A DNA stretch of 64,000 nucleotides from Jatrophihabitantaceae bacterium (lineage in GTDB: Bacteria > Actinomycetota > Actinomycetes > Mycobacteriales > Jatrophihabitantaceae). Positions 17,330 to 28,074 of this stretch are shown here, piece by piece; within the stretch, counting starts at the first letter, position 1, and each line of letters opens with the position of its first letter. A program made the position numbers and the translations under genes. The notes under the pieces are model-generated. The model was not told the origin of the DNA. It did no database searches and worked only from the letters and a program-made list of their open reading frames with translations. The DNA is taken from NCBI GenBank assembly GCA_050742975.1, contig JBOGDQ010000070.1, positions 19,889 through 83,888 of the forward strand, in the 5' to 3' direction.

Positions 17330-18352
17330 GTGCCCGCCGTCCTCGCCGATCTGACCACCCTCCGCCTCGGAGGACCGGCCGCGCGCACGGTCTCCGCGTC
17401 GTCCGCCGACGAGCTCGTCGACGCCGTCCGGGCGGCCGATGCGTCCGGCGAAGCGGTCCTGATCCTCGGCGGCGGCAGCAATCTGGTCGTCGCTGACGAG
17501 GGGTGGCCGGGCGTGGCCGTCCTCGTGCGGACCGGCGCGATCGAGATCGCGCAGCCGACGTCGACCGCCGTGCGCATCACCACGCAGGCGGGCGTCGTGT
17601 GGGACGAGCTCGTCGAGCTGTCGGTCCGGGAAGGGCTCTCGGGGCTGGCGCCGATGTCGGGAATTCCCGGCCTGGCCGGCGCAACACCGGTGCAGAACGT
17701 CGGCGCGTACGGCAGCGAGGTTTCGGACGTCATCACCGGGCTGAGCGTGCTGGACAGGCAGACGGGCGCGATCGAGGCATGGGCGCCCGAGCGGTGCGGC
17801 TTCGGTTTCCGCACCAGCGCCTTCAAGCACACCGACCGCTTCGTGGTGCTCGACGTGACGTTCGAGCTGCAGCGCAGCGAGCTGAGCGCCCCGGTCCGGT
17901 ACCTCGAGGTGGCGCGCCAGCTCGGGATCGAGCCGGGCGAGCGGGCGCCGTCGGAACGGGTGCGCGAGGTGGTCCTGAAGCTGCGGCGGAGCAAGGGGAT
18001 GCTGCTCGACGCGGCCGACCACGACACCTGGAGCGTCGGCTCGTTCTTCGTCAACCCGTTCGTCGCGCCGGAGCAGGTTCCCGACGGCTGCCCCAACTTC
18101 CTCGTCGACGGTCAGGTCAAGCTGTCCGCCGCGTGGCTGATCGAGAACGCCGGGTTCGGTAAGGGGTTCACCGGTTCGCACGGCAACGGAACCGTCTCGG
18201 TATCGACGAAGCACACCCTGGCCCTCACGAACCGCGGCGGGGCGACGACGGCCGAGCTGCTCGAGCTCGCGGCGGAGATCCGCGCCGGTGTCGAGGCGCG
18301 GTTCGGCATCCGGCTGCGGCCCGAGGCTCACCTTGCAGGCGTGGAGTTCTGA
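17330..18352 (+). CDS. murB: UDP-N-acetylenolpyruvoylglucosamine reductase
   Basis: LTTLRLGGPA...ILGGGSNLVVADEG...GAYG...SVGSFFVNP...KLSAAWLIE are MurB hallmarks. Confidence 0.92.
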   Translation: MPAVLADLTTLRLGGPAARTVSASSADELVDAVRAADASGEAVLILGGGSNLVVADEGWPGVAVLVRTGAIEIAQPTSTAVRITTQAGVVWDELVELSVREGLSGLAPMSGIPGLAGATPVQNVGAYGSEVSDVITGLSVLDRQTGAIEAWAPERCGFGFRTSAFKHTDRFVVLDVTFELQRSELSAPVRYLEVARQLGIEPGERAPSERVREVVLKLRRSKGMLLDAADHDTWSVGSFFVNPFVAPEQVPDGCPNFLVDGQVKLSAAWLIENAGFGKGFTGSHGNGTVSVSTKHTLALTNRGGATTAELLELAAEIRAGVEARFGIRLRPEAHLAGVEF

Positions 18353-18359
18353 CCTGCTG

Positions 18360-19106
18360 TCAGCTGCGGGCGACCTTGTGCGGAGCCGCCTGCGCCAGCG
18401 GCTTGACCACCAGCAGGTCGACGTTCACGTGCGCCGGTCGCGTGACGGCGAACGCGATGCAGTCGGCGATGTCCTCGGCCGTCAGCGGATGCTCGACACC
18501 CTCGTAGACCCGGTCCGCCGCCACCTGGTCGCCGCGCAGCCGGACGAGCGAGAACCCCTGCGTGTGCACCATGCCCGGCGCGATCTCGGTGACCCGGACC
18601 GGCCGCCCGTTCAGCTCCAGGCGCAGTGTCTCGACCAGCGCGGCCGCACCGTGCTTGGCCGCCGTGTACCCCGCGCCGCCCTCGTAGACCAGGTGCCCGG
18701 CGATCGACCCGGTGACCACGACGTGCCCGCCCGCTCCACCCTCGAGCGCCGGCAGCAGCGCCTGGGTCACCCGCAGCACGCCGAGCACGTTGGTGTCGTA
18801 CATCGCCTGCCAGTCCGCGGGATCGGCCCGTTCGATCGGCTCGACCCCGATCGCGCCGCCGGCGTTGTTCACCAGGACCGCGACGTCATCGAGCGCGTCG
18901 GCGAGTGAGTCGACCGACTCGGGGGAGGTCACGTCCAGCGTCACTGCTCGGATGCCGGGCAGCGACGCGGCCAACTCGTCCAGCCGATCGCGACGCCGCG
19001 CGGCGGCCACGACCTGGTACCCCTCGGCCGCGAGACGCCGGGCAGTGGCGGCCCCGATCCCGCTGCTCGCTCCGGTGACGACGGCTATGCCCCTGGTCTC
19101 GCTCAT
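18360..19106 (-). CDS. SDR-family oxidoreductase
   Basis: [22 protein letters not shown]... with the YTAAKHG catalytic motif. Start at ATG 19106, inside the longer listed ORF. Confidence 0.85.
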   Translation of the reverse strand: MSETRGIAVVTGASSGIGAATARRLAAEGYQVVAAARRRDRLDELAASLPGIRAVTLDVTSPESVDSLADALDDVAVLVNNAGGAIGVEPIERADPADWQAMYDTNVLGVLRVTQALLPALEGGAGGHVVVTGSIAGHLVYEGGAGYTAAKHGAAALVETLRLELNGRPVRVTEIAPGMVHTQGFSLVRLRGDQVAADRVYEGVEHPLTAEDIADCIAFAVTRPAHVNVDLLVVKPLAQAAPHKVARS

Positions 19107-19137
19107 GCACCGATTCTGCTGGGCCGGCCGTTCGGGC

Positions 19138-20463
19138 ATGATCGGAGGGGTCGGTGTGTTACCACCTGGAACGGACGGACGACGAGAGGGGCGGCGAGTG
19201 CACGGCAGCGCGCGCGCGCAAGCTCCCCGACGCGTGGCCATGCTGAGCGTGCACACGTCCCCCCTGGACGCCCCCGGCGGCGGTGACGCGGGTGGGATGA
19301 ACGTGTACATCGTCGAAACGGCCAAGCGCCTCGCGGCGGCTGGGGTCGAGGTCGAGATCTTCACGCGGGCCACGTCCAGCGAGCAGCCGCCGCGGGTCGA
19401 GTTGGAGCCGGGAGTGCTCGTCCGGCACGTCACCGCCGGCCCGTTCGAGGGACTGGCGAAGGGCGATCTGCCCGCGCAGCTGTGCGCTTTCAGTGCCGGC
19501 GTCATGCGCGCCGAGGCGTTCCAGGAGCCGGGCTTCTACGACGTCATCCACTCCCACTACTGGCTGTCCGGGCAGGTCGGCTGGCTGGCCCGCGAGCGGT
19601 GGGGCGTCCCGCTCGTGCACTCCGCGCACACCCTGGCCAAGGTGAAGAACGCGCTGCTGGCCGACGGCGATGTGCCCGAACCGATGGCCCGGGTGATCGG
19701 CGAGGAGCAGGTGGTCGCCGAGGCAGACCGGCTGATCGCGTCCACCGCCGAGGAGGCCGACGAGCTGATCGGACTGTACGGCGCCGAGCCGTCCCGCGTG
19801 CGGACGATCGCGCCGGGCGTGGATCTCGAGACGTTCACGCCGGGGGACGTGGTGGCCGCGCGGCGCCGCGTCGGCCTGCCCGAGACCGCGCCGACCCTGC
19901 TGTTCGTCGGGCGCATCCAGCCGCTGAAGGCGCCCGACGTGCTGCTTCGCGCCGCGGCGGTACTGCGCGCGGACCATCCCGATCTTCAGGTCGTGGTGCT
20001 CGGTGCACCCAGCGGCACCGGCCTGGCCGACACGCACTGGCTGGCCGGCCTGGCCGGTTCGCTGGAGCTGGCCGACACGGTCCGGTTCGTACCACCCGCC
20101 GCCCGCGATGTGGTCGCGCAGTACTACCGCGCCGCCGACCTCACCGTCGTCCCCAGCTACAACGAGTCGTTCGGCCTGGTGGCGCTCGAGTCGCAGGCCT
20201 GCGGAACGCCCGTCGTCGCCGCTGCCGTCGGCGGTCTCACCACAGCCGTTGCGGACGGCGACTCGGGAGTCCTCGTCGACGGCCACGATCCAGACCTGTG
20301 GGCAAAGGTCATCGGCGACCTGCTGCGCCCGCCCAGCCCGCTCACGCGGCTGGCCGCGGGCGCGCGCCCGCACGCGGAGCAGTTCTCGTGGGAGCGGACG
20401 ACCGGCGGGCTGCTCGCCGCATACACCGAGGCGATGGCGGCCGTGACGGGCACACCGCGATGA
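19138..20463 (+). CDS. mshA: D-inositol-3-phosphate glycosyltransferase (mycothiol biosynthesis)
   Basis: [35 protein letters not shown] is the characteristic MshA N-terminus, and the protein has a GT4 fold. Start is ATG 19138 or GTG 19198. Confidence 0.9.
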   Translation: MIGGVGVLPPGTDGRREGRRVHGSARAQAPRRVAMLSVHTSPLDAPGGGDAGGMNVYIVETAKRLAAAGVEVEIFTRATSSEQPPRVELEPGVLVRHVTAGPFEGLAKGDLPAQLCAFSAGVMRAEAFQEPGFYDVIHSHYWLSGQVGWLARERWGVPLVHSAHTLAKVKNALLADGDVPEPMARVIGEEQVVAEADRLIASTAEEADELIGLYGAEPSRVRTIAPGVDLETFTPGDVVAARRRVGLPETAPTLLFVGRIQPLKAPDVLLRAAAVLRADHPDLQVVVLGAPSGTGLADTHWLAGLAGSLELADTVRFVPPAARDVVAQYYRAADLTVVPSYNESFGLVALESQACGTPVVAAAVGGLTTAVADGDSGVLVDGHDPDLWAKVIGDLLRPPSPLTRLAAGARPHAEQFSWERTTGGLLAAYTEAMAAVTGTPR

Positions 20464-20948
20464 GCGCGGTGGAGATCATCGCTGCCTCGCTCGCCGAGCA
20501 GGAGCTCGAGCACGAGCGGCTGGACGGCGCGACGTTCGCGGTTGCCCTGCCGGGCGAGAAACGGCTCAAGACCGCATGCGTGCTGACGGTCGGCGCACAC
20601 GCGCTGGAGATCGAGGCGTTCGTCATGCGCCGGCCGGACGAGAATCGCGAGCAGGTCTACGCGTTCCTGCTCCAGCGCAACGCCCGGATGTACGCGGTGT
20701 CCTGGGCGATCGACAGCACCGGTGACGTGTACCTGAGCGGTCGGGTCGCGCTCACGTCCGTCACGCCGGACGAGATCGACCGCATCCTCGGCTGCGTGCT
20801 CGAGTACGCCGACGGCACGTTCAACACCCTGCTGGAGCTGGGCTTCGCGTCGTCCATCCGCCGTGAGTGGGCGTGGCGGGTGAAGCGGGGCGAATCGCTC
20901 GCGAACCTGGCGGCGTTCAAGGCGTTCGCCGAGCGCGAGCCTGAGTAG
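20460..20948 (+). CDS. YbjN-domain protein
   Basis: 162 aa, ATGA-coupled to mshA. This matches the mshA-Rv0487-like synteny. Confidence 0.75.
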   Translation: MSAVEIIAASLAEQELEHERLDGATFAVALPGEKRLKTACVLTVGAHALEIEAFVMRRPDENREQVYAFLLQRNARMYAVSWAIDSTGDVYLSGRVALTSVTPDEIDRILGCVLEYADGTFNTLLELGFASSIRREWAWRVKRGESLANLAAFKAFAEREPE

Positions 20949-20990
20949 ACGCCTTGCCTGCCCGGCGCCCTGATCCGGCAGGATGAGGGT

Positions 20991-21731
20991 GTGCCGACAC
21001 TGATCCTGCTCCGCCACGGTGAGAGCGATTGGAACGCCAAGAACCTGTTCACCGGTTGGGTGGACGTCGACCTCACCCCGGCCGGTGAGGCGCAGGGTCG
21101 CCGCGGTGGTGAGCTGCTGCGCGAGCACGGCCTGGTGCCGGCCGTGGTGCACACGTCGGTGCTGCGCCGGGCGATCCGCACCGCGAACATCGCGCTGGAC
21201 GTCGCCGACCTGCACTGGCTGCCGGTGCGTCGCTCGTGGCGGCTCAACGAGCGGCACTACGGCGCGTTGCAGGGCAAGGACAAGGCGGCCGTCCGCGCGG
21301 AGTTCGGCGACAAGCAGTTCATGCTCTGGCGCCGCTCCTACGACACCCCGCCCCCACCGCTGGCCGACGACGACGAGTTCAGCCAGGTCGGCGATCCCCG
21401 GTACGCCGACCTGCTCGAGACGGTGCCGCGTACCGAGTGCCTGGCCGACGTCGTCGACCGCCTGCTGCCGTACTGGTACGACGCGATCGTGCCGGACCTG
21501 CGCAACGGCACGGTGCTGATCGTCGCGCACGGCAACTCGCTGCGCGGGCTGATCAAGCACCTGGACAAGCTGTCCGACGAGGCGGTGGTCGCGCTGAATG
21601 TCCCGACCGGCATCCCGCTGCGCTACCAGCTCGACCCCGCCACGCTCCTGCCGACGCGGCCGGGGGAGTACCTGGACCCGCAAGCGGCCGCGGTCGCGAT
21701 CGAGGCCGTCGCCAACCAGGGCAAGAAGTAG
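20991..21731 (+). CDS. gpmA: 2,3-bisphosphoglycerate-dependent phosphoglycerate mutase
   Basis: [26 protein letters not shown] and AHGNSLRGL motifs. Confidence 0.95.
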   Translation: MPTLILLRHGESDWNAKNLFTGWVDVDLTPAGEAQGRRGGELLREHGLVPAVVHTSVLRRAIRTANIALDVADLHWLPVRRSWRLNERHYGALQGKDKAAVRAEFGDKQFMLWRRSYDTPPPPLADDDEFSQVGDPRYADLLETVPRTECLADVVDRLLPYWYDAIVPDLRNGTVLIVAHGNSLRGLIKHLDKLSDEAVVALNVPTGIPLRYQLDPATLLPTRPGEYLDPQAAAVAIEAVANQGKK

Positions 21732-21748
21732 CCCGTACGATCGGCCCC

Positions 21749-22960
21749 GTGCTGGGGTTCGCGATCTCGTTCGGTCTGCTCACCCTGGTTCTCGGCGTGT
21801 TCGTCGGGTCTCGGTCCCGGGCGCGGGGCGTCCCGCGGCCAGCACAGCAGGAGAACGCCGAGCGGCCCCGGCTCGTCGCCCACCTGCCCGCGCTGTCCTC
21901 GCTCGTCGTCGAGGCGCTCGACGGCGCGGTGATCGTCGTGGACGCCGAGGAGCGGGTCGTGCTGGTGAATCCGGCCGCCCGCGCGATGGACATCGTCAAG
22001 CTCGACCAGCTCGCATTCGAGCCGCTGAGCGAGGTGGCCCGCCGTGCGCGCGAGAGCGGGCGGCGGGTCACGGAGGCGGTGGACCTGCCGATCGGGCGCC
22101 TGGGCCGTGAGCCGATCGGCGTCGCGGTGACCGCAGTGCCGATCAGCGACGGTGAGAGTCCGGACGCCGTCGCCCTGCTGCTCACCGACATCAGCGAGCA
22201 GCGCCGACTGGACGCCGTCCGGCGCGACTTCGTGGCCAACGTCTCGCACGAGCTGAAGACTCCGGTCGGCGCGCTCACCCTGCTCGCCGAGGCCGTGCAG
22301 GACGCGGCGGGCGATGCCGACGCCGTGGCCCGCTTCGCCGGGCGCATGGAGCACGAGGGCAAGCGCCTCGTCCGGCTGGTGAGCGAGCTGATGGAGCTGT
22401 CCCGCGTGCAGGGCGTCGACCCGATGCCCGGCGCCACCGAGGTGGACGTGGCCGGCCTGGTGAGCGACGCCGTCGACCGTGAGCGGCTCGTCGCCGAGAA
22501 GGCGTCCATCGCCATCGACGTGCACAGCGAGCCCGGGCTGACGGTGCGGGGCAACGCGGCCCAACTAGCCACCGCGGTCACCAACCTGGTCGACAACGCG
22601 GTCGCGTACAGCGGCGACAACACCCGGATCTCCGTGACGGCCCGGGCGTCCAGCGATCACCAGGCCCGTCCGATCGTGGACATCTCGATCACCGATCAGG
22701 GCCTGGGCATCTCCGAGGTCGAACAGGACCGGATCTTCGAACGCTTCTATCGGGTCGACCCGGCGCGCTCGCGTGCTACCGGCGGCACCGGACTCGGCCT
22801 GGCGATCGTCAAGAACATCGTCACCAACCACCTCGGCCGGGTGTCGGTTCGCAGCACCGTCGGCGAGGGTTCGACGTTCACCATCCGGTTACCCCGCGTT
22901 CATTCAGCTGGTAGATCGTCGGCGGCAGAACCCGGCGACGGTGCTGCCCTGCCGTCCTGA
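21749..22960 (+). CDS. senX3: phosphate-responsive sensor histidine kinase SenX3
   Basis: TM start, PAS-like segment, H-box FVANVSHELKTP and an HATPase domain (GGTGLGLAIVK). It lies in gpmA-senX3-regX3 synteny. Start at GTG 21749. Confidence 0.85.
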   Translation: MLGFAISFGLLTLVLGVFVGSRSRARGVPRPAQQENAERPRLVAHLPALSSLVVEALDGAVIVVDAEERVVLVNPAARAMDIVKLDQLAFEPLSEVARRARESGRRVTEAVDLPIGRLGREPIGVAVTAVPISDGESPDAVALLLTDISEQRRLDAVRRDFVANVSHELKTPVGALTLLAEAVQDAAGDADAVARFAGRMEHEGKRLVRLVSELMELSRVQGVDPMPGATEVDVAGLVSDAVDRERLVAEKASIAIDVHSEPGLTVRGNAAQLATAVTNLVDNAVAYSGDNTRISVTARASSDHQARPIVDISITDQGLGISEVEQDRIFERFYRVDPARSRATGGTGLGLAIVKNIVTNHLGRVSVRSTVGEGSTFTIRLPRVHSAGRSSAAEPGDGAALPS

Positions 22961-22974
22961 TCGAAGGAGAACCG

Positions 22975-23655
22975 GTGACGCGGGTACTGGTGGTCGAGGA
23001 CGAGGAGTCGTTCTCGGACGCGCTGTCGTTCCAGCTGCAGCGCGAGGGGTTCGAGGTCGAGGTCGCGGCGAACGGCAACGATGCCCTGACCGCGTTCGAC
23101 CGCAACGGGGCGGACATCGTGCTGCTCGACCTGATGCTCCCGGGCCTGTCGGGAACCGAGGTCTGCCGCGCCTTACGGTCGAAGTCCACCGTGCCGATCA
23201 TCATGGTCACCGCGCGCGACGCCGAGGTGGACAAGGTCGTCGGCCTCGAGCTCGGCGCTGACGATTACGTGACCAAGCCGTTCTCCTCGCGCGAGCTCAT
23301 CGCCCGCATCCGGGCCGTGCTTCGTCGCGGCAGCGAGCCGGACGAGTTGCTGACCGCCACCGTCGAGGCAGGCCCGGTGCGGATGGACGTCGAGCGGCAC
23401 GTGGTGTCGGTCGACGGTTCGCAGGTTGCCATGCCGCTCAAGGAGTTCGACCTGCTGGAGATGCTGCTGCGCAATGCCGGTCGGGTGCTGACGCGCGGGC
23501 AGCTGATCGATCGGGTCTGGGGCTCGGACTACGTCGGTGACACCAAGACGCTCGACGTGCACGTGAAGCGGTTGCGCGCGAAGATCGAGCCCGACCCGGG
23601 CAATCCGAAGTACCTCGTCACGGTTCGCGGCCTGGGCTACAAGTTCGAGGCCTGA
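22975..23655 (+). CDS. regX3: OmpR-family response regulator RegX3
   Basis: Receiver domain (VLVVEDEES...DLMLPG) plus a winged-helix output domain (TVRGLGYKF). Confidence 0.9.
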   Translation: MTRVLVVEDEESFSDALSFQLQREGFEVEVAANGNDALTAFDRNGADIVLLDLMLPGLSGTEVCRALRSKSTVPIIMVTARDAEVDKVVGLELGADDYVTKPFSSRELIARIRAVLRRGSEPDELLTATVEAGPVRMDVERHVVSVDGSQVAMPLKEFDLLEMLLRNAGRVLTRGQLIDRVWGSDYVGDTKTLDVHVKRLRAKIEPDPGNPKYLVTVRGLGYKFEA

Positions 23656-23686
23656 GTACGTACTTGCCCGGATCTGTTTGATCAGC

Positions 23687-23941
23687 TCACTTCCAGCGGA
23701 AGTGGACGAAGACGCGGCCGAAGTTGTCGGAGTCCTTCTCGACCCGGTGGTACAGCGCCTTGATCTCCTTGCGGTCCAGGAACCGCAGCACCCGCTTCTT
23801 CAGCTGACCGGATCCCTTGCCGGGGATGATCTCGACGAGCGGCGCCTTCTTGGCCACCGCCTCGTCGATCACCGCACGCAACGCGCGCTCGATCTCGTCG
23901 CCGCGGTTGTAGATGTCATGCAGATCCAGCTTGAGCTTCAT
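23687..23941 (-). CDS. Smr-domain protein
   Basis: 84 aa. LDLHD...VEIIPGKGSGQLKKRV matches the Smr small MutS-related domain. Confidence 0.75.
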   Translation of the reverse strand: MKLKLDLHDIYNRGDEIERALRAVIDEAVAKKAPLVEIIPGKGSGQLKKRVLRFLDRKEIKALYHRVEKDSDNFGRVFVHFRWK

Positions 23942-23950
23942 CGACGAGAC

Positions 23951-24748
23951 CTAGCTGCGACGCTGGGCGCGGGCCTCGGTCGTGGCGGGGTGGACGGCGA
24001 CCAGCCCGAGCTTGAGCCGGTCGCCGCAGACCCGCGCCAGCTCGTCGTACGCGTCCTGGCCGAGCAGCGCGACCAGCTCGGCAGCGTAGGACAGGTACAT
24101 CGCCTCGCCACCGACGTGCGCCTCGGGCGAGGACGTGCAGTACCAGTCCAGGTCGTGGCCACCCTCGCCCCAGCTGCGGCGGTCGAACTCGGCGACGGTG
24201 GACTGCAGGATCCGGGTGCCATCCGGCCGATCCACCCACTCCTGCTCGCGGCGCACCGGCAGCTGCCAGCACACCTCGGGCTTGGTCTCCAGCGGGTTCA
24301 CGCCGTTCTGCAACGCGAGCGCGTGCAGCGCGCAGCCGATCCCACCGGCGAAGCCCTCACGGTTGGCGAAGATGCACGCACCGTCGACGACCCGGGTCTT
24401 CTTGCGCAGCTCGCCGTCGAGCTCCTCGCGCACGAAGACGTCCAGCTTCTTCCGGTCCGCGCGGACGGCGTGATCGCGCAGCTGCCACAGCTCAGGCGTC
24501 AGTTCGTTGACGAACGCCCGCACCCGCTTCTCGTCGGCCCGGTCGGAGAAGTACGCGCCGTGGTTGCAGCACCCGGTGCTGCCCTGCCCGGCGAGGGTTC
24601 CGTGGCAGCCGCGTCCGAAGATGCACGTCCACCGCGAGCACAGCCAGGTGAGGTCGGCCCGGATCAGGTGCGCGGGATCGGCCGGGTCGTAGAACTCGAT
24701 CCACTCACGCGGGAAGTCGAGCGACACTTCATCGTTGAGGGCAGGCAC
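23951..24748 (-). CDS. conserved actinobacterial Cys-rich protein (Rv0495c-like)
   Basis: Well-composed ORF with [14 protein letters not shown]...GCCNHGAYF...DGACIFAN...GCALH clusters. It is divergent from ppx, as in mycobacteria. Start at GTG 24748; the rest of the 605-aa listed ORF is antisense to ppx. Confidence 0.75.
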   Translation of the reverse strand: MPALNDEVSLDFPREWIEFYDPADPAHLIRADLTWLCSRWTCIFGRGCHGTLAGQGSTGCCNHGAYFSDRADEKRVRAFVNELTPELWQLRDHAVRADRKKLDVFVREELDGELRKKTRVVDGACIFANREGFAGGIGCALHALALQNGVNPLETKPEVCWQLPVRREQEWVDRPDGTRILQSTVAEFDRRSWGEGGHDLDWYCTSSPEAHVGGEAMYLSYAAELVALLGQDAYDELARVCGDRLKLGLVAVHPATTEARAQRRS

Positions 24749-24775
24749 ACCGATGAGGGTAATAGTCTGAAGGTC

Positions 24776-25708
24776 ATGCGACTCGGTGTGCTGGACGTCG
24801 GTTCCAACACCGTCCACCTGCTCGTGGTCGACGCACACCGCGGCGCCGAGCCGACACCGCAGCTCTCGCACAAGAGCGAGCTGTGCCTGTCCGAGCTGAT
24901 CGACAAGCGCGGCGACCTCGCGAAGGGCGGTGCCGACGCACTGGTCGAGGCCGTGCGCAGTGCGCGGAAGGAGGCCGACGAGCTCGACTGCGACGAGCTG
25001 ATCGCGTTCGCGACGTCGGCGGTGCGCGACGCCCGCAACAGCGCCGAGGTCCTCGCGCGGGTGGCGAGGGAGAGCGGCGTCGAGCTCGAGGTACTGCCCG
25101 GCGAGGACGAGGCGCGGCTGACGTTCCTCGCGGTACGCCGCTGGTACGGCTGGAGCGCGGGCAACCTGATCTGCGTGGACATCGGCGGCGGATCGCTCGA
25201 ACTCGGGGCCGGAAGTGACGAGGACCCGGACGTCGCCGTCTCGCTCCCGCTCGGCTCCGCGCGACTGACCCGCGACTGGTTCACGGCCGACCCCGCGAGC
25301 AAGGACGAGATCGCGAGGCTGCGCGCGTACGTCGACGCGCAGCTCGCCGAGCCTGCGGCCAAGTTGCTGTCCGGCGGCAACCCCGACCGCGTCGTCGCGA
25401 CCTCCAAGACGTTCCGCACGCTGGCCCGGCTCGCCGGTGCGGCGCCCAGCTCGGCCGGCCCGCGTGCCCGTCGGCCGCTGAGCCGGATCGGGCTGGGTCA
25501 GGTGAGCGCGTTCATCTCGCGGATGGCGTCCGGGGACCTGGCAGAGCTGGACGGCGTGAGCGAGGGGCGGGCCCACCAGGTGCTCGCCGGCTCGGTCGTC
25601 GCCGCCGCCACCATGGACGCCCTCGGCGTGGACGAGCTCGAGCTCTGCCCGTGGGCGCTGCGCGAGGGTGTGATCCTGCGCCGCCTGGACTGGCTCACCG
25701 GCACGTGA
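24776..25708 (+). CDS. ppx: Ppx/GppA-family phosphatase (exopolyphosphatase)
   Basis: [19 protein letters not shown]...DIGGGSLEL are ASKHA-fold Ppx/GppA motifs. Confidence 0.88.
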   Translation: MRLGVLDVGSNTVHLLVVDAHRGAEPTPQLSHKSELCLSELIDKRGDLAKGGADALVEAVRSARKEADELDCDELIAFATSAVRDARNSAEVLARVARESGVELEVLPGEDEARLTFLAVRRWYGWSAGNLICVDIGGGSLELGAGSDEDPDVAVSLPLGSARLTRDWFTADPASKDEIARLRAYVDAQLAEPAAKLLSGGNPDRVVATSKTFRTLARLAGAAPSSAGPRARRPLSRIGLGQVSAFISRMASGDLAELDGVSEGRAHQVLAGSVVAAATMDALGVDELELCPWALREGVILRRLDWLTGT

Positions 25709-25736
25709 TCGAACTGCAGCGGCTAGCCTCCCGGCC

Positions 25737-26579
25737 ATGACCGACACCTCGCCGCCCCCGCGCGTCAAGGTGGGCCTGTCGACGGCGTCGGTGTATCCCG
25801 AGGGAACCGCGGTGGCCTTCGAGCTGGCGGCCCGGCTGGGCTATGACGGCGTCGAGGTGATGGTCTGGACCGACCCGACCAGCCAGGACCCGTACGCACT
25901 GCTCCGCCTGTCGCAGCATTACCAGGTACCGATCCTCGCGATCCACGCCCCGTGCCTGATCATCACCCAGCGCGTCTGGACGACCGATCCGTGGGTCAAG
26001 CTGCAGAAGGCACAGTTCGCGGCCGAGCTGCTCGGCGCGCAGACGGTGGTGGTGCACCCGCCGTTCCGCTGGCAGCGCGAGTACGCCCGGCACTTCCGCT
26101 CCGGCATCGAGAAGCTGGCCGACGAGACGCCGGTTCGCTTCGCGGTGGAGAACATGTTCCCGCTGCGGGTGCGGGGCCGCGAGGTGTCGGCGTACCAGCC
26201 GACGTGGGACGTCGCGTCCGGCGGCACTTCTGACACCGAGCCGTACCGCGACTACACGCTCGACCTGTCCCACTCGGCCGTGTCCCAGTCGGACGCGCTG
26301 GCGATGCTGACCGCGATGGGGGACCGGCTGCGCCACCTGCACCTCGCCGACGGCACCGGCCTGACCAAGGACGAGCACCTGATCCCCGGCCGTGGCGACC
26401 AGCCGTGCGTCGAGGTCCTGCAGACTCTGGCCAGCCGTAGGTTCGACGGGCACGTGATCGTCGAGGTGAACACCCGCAAGGCGCTGGACCGCGCCGAACG
26501 CGAGGCCGACCTGGCGGAGGCACTAGCGTTCTGCCGCCTCCACCTGGCCGCCTCGCCGGCTGCTCAGGCCGGCACGTAG
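25737..26579 (+). CDS. sugar phosphate isomerase/epimerase (xylose isomerase-like TIM barrel)
   Basis: GYDGVEV...HAP...VVHPP...ENM...HLAD pattern of the AP-endonuclease-2/TIM-barrel family. Confidence 0.8.
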   Translation: MTDTSPPPRVKVGLSTASVYPEGTAVAFELAARLGYDGVEVMVWTDPTSQDPYALLRLSQHYQVPILAIHAPCLIITQRVWTTDPWVKLQKAQFAAELLGAQTVVVHPPFRWQREYARHFRSGIEKLADETPVRFAVENMFPLRVRGREVSAYQPTWDVASGGTSDTEPYRDYTLDLSHSAVSQSDALAMLTAMGDRLRHLHLADGTGLTKDEHLIPGRGDQPCVEVLQTLASRRFDGHVIVEVNTRKALDRAEREADLAEALAFCRLHLAASPAAQAGT

Positions 26580-26584
26580 GACGC

Positions 26585-27121
26585 TCAGGCCGGCACGTAG
26601 GTCGCGACGATCACGCCGCTGCCCGTGGTCTGCGTCTTCGCCAGAGTCAGCTCGCTGCCGACGCCGTTGCCGAACAGTCGGTTCCCGCTTCCCGCGATCA
26701 GCGGGTAGATCATCAGCCGGTACTCGTCGATCAGGTTGCGCGCCCGCAGCGTCTCGACCAGCTTCGCGCTACCGGCGATCATCAGCGACTGACCGGACTC
26801 CTTGAGCGTGGCGACCGCCGCGGTCACATCGCCCTCGAGCAGCGTTGCGTTCCATTCGGGCGAGGTCAGGGTCGTCGACGCGACGTACTTGCCGATGCTG
26901 TTCATCCGCTTACCGAAGTCGCCGGTCTCGGCCTCCATCTTCGGCCACGCGTCGGCGAACCCCTCGTAGGTGACGCGGCCGAGCAGCAGCCCGTCGCACT
27001 CGAGCAGGTTGTCGGCCTGGAAACTCTGCAGCTGCTCGTCGAAGTAGGGGCCGCTCCACCGGCCCGGCTCGTCGAAGACGCCGTCCAGGGTGAGGTACTC
27101 CACCGCGAAGATCTTGCCCAT
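26585..27121 (-). CDS. dihydrofolate reductase-family protein (RibD C-terminal domain)
   Basis: LTLDGV...LLLGRVTYEGFADAWP...IDEYRLMIYPLIAGSG pattern. Confidence 0.8.
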   Translation of the reverse strand: MGKIFAVEYLTLDGVFDEPGRWSGPYFDEQLQSFQADNLLECDGLLLGRVTYEGFADAWPKMEAETGDFGKRMNSIGKYVASTTLTSPEWNATLLEGDVTAAVATLKESGQSLMIAGSAKLVETLRARNLIDEYRLMIYPLIAGSGNRLFGNGVGSELTLAKTQTTGSGVIVATYVPA

Positions 27122-27145
27122 GACTTTCTCCTTATGCAGTAGGGG

Positions 27146-27607
27146 TTACGCCGCTGCGAGTAGCGCGTCGAGCTTGGTGAACGAGCTACCCCAACCCTCG
27201 CGGGCGTTGCCGGCGAAGTCCTCGCGGTACGGGCCCTGGACGAGCACCAGCCGGGTCTTGCCGCCCTCGTCGTGGAACTCGATGCGCAGGCTCAGCCGTG
27301 AGGTTCCGAACATCTCGGCCATCTCGGTCTCGAGGTCTTCGTGGCCGACCAGCAGTTCGTTCTCGATGACCTCGTCGAACGTGGCGTTGACCTGACCGGC
27401 CGGCGGCAGGCTGTCGTTGTCCGGAACCATCGTGAAGCGTTGGTGTCCGCCGACCCGGACGTCCACTTCGACGCTGTCGCGCGGAACGGTGTAGCCCACC
27501 GGGCCGAACCAGGCGGCGATCTGGTCGGGGTCGGTGAACGCCCTGTAGACGAGCTCTCGGGGCGCGTCGAAGGTGCGCTCGATGCGCAGTTCGGTGGTGC
27601 CGTTCAT
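27146..27607 (-). CDS. SRPBCC/AHSA1-domain protein
   Basis: LRIERTFDAPRELVYRAFTDPDQIAAWFGP is a typical Aha1/SRPBCC start. It is ATGA-coupled to the upstream ArsR gene. Confidence 0.8.
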   Translation of the reverse strand: MNGTTELRIERTFDAPRELVYRAFTDPDQIAAWFGPVGYTVPRDSVEVDVRVGGHQRFTMVPDNDSLPPAGQVNATFDEVIENELLVGHEDLETEMAEMFGTSRLSLRIEFHDEGGKTRLVLVQGPYREDFAGNAREGWGSSFTKLDALLAAA

Positions 27608-27951
27608 GATGCGGTCCCTTCGGTTGTGTGCGGCTGCTTCATCCGGTCCAGATGTGCGTCGAGGCGGTCGAAGTTGACGTCCCAGAACTTGCGGTAGGGC
27701 TCCATCCACGCGGTGACCTCGCGCAGCGGCTCGGCCTGCAGCGCGCTCGAGCGCCACTGCGCCGACCGGGCCCGCGCGATCAGGCCGGCCTGCTCGAGCA
27801 CCTTCAGGTGCCGAGAGATCGCGGGCAGGCTGATAGGGAACGGCTCGGCCAGTTCGGAGACGGTGGCCTCGCCCTCGGTGAGCCGGGCGAGGATCGCCCG
27901 GCGCGTGGGGTCGGCCAGTGCCGCGAAGATGGTGCTCAGCCGGTCCGTCAC
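27604..27951 (-). CDS. ArsR/SmtB-family transcriptional regulator
   Basis: IFAALADPTRRAILARLTEGEATVSELAEPFPISLPAISRHLKVLEQAGLI wHTH. Start at GTG 27951. Confidence 0.85.
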   Translation of the reverse strand: MTDRLSTIFAALADPTRRAILARLTEGEATVSELAEPFPISLPAISRHLKVLEQAGLIARARSAQWRSSALQAEPLREVTAWMEPYRKFWDVNFDRLDAHLDRMKQPHTTEGTAS

Positions 27952-28003
27952 GTATTTAACGTACCAGTTACATAACGAAGGGCTCAAGTACGCTCCGCCA
28001 CGC

Positions 28004-28053
28004 GATGAACACCCCCTTCACCGCGCTGGGGCGAGATGAAGGGGGTGTTCATC
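28004..28053. promoter_or_regulatory. 17-bp perfect inverted repeat (GATGAACACCCCCTTCA-N16-TGAAGGGGGTGTTCATC) upstream of proline dehydrogenase
   Basis: Arms at 28004-28020 and 28037-28053, in the divergent ArsR/PRODH intergenic region, 21 nt before ATG 28075. Confidence 0.45.
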
Positions 28054-28074
28054 GGGTCTCGGTAGGGTCAACCC

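Noticed and set aside
23678-24775. N-terminal 366 aa of the listed 676-aa ORF ahead of ppx
   Set aside because: Antisense to the Smr and Rv0495c-like genes. Ppx/GppA homology starts at [12 protein letters not shown] (24776).
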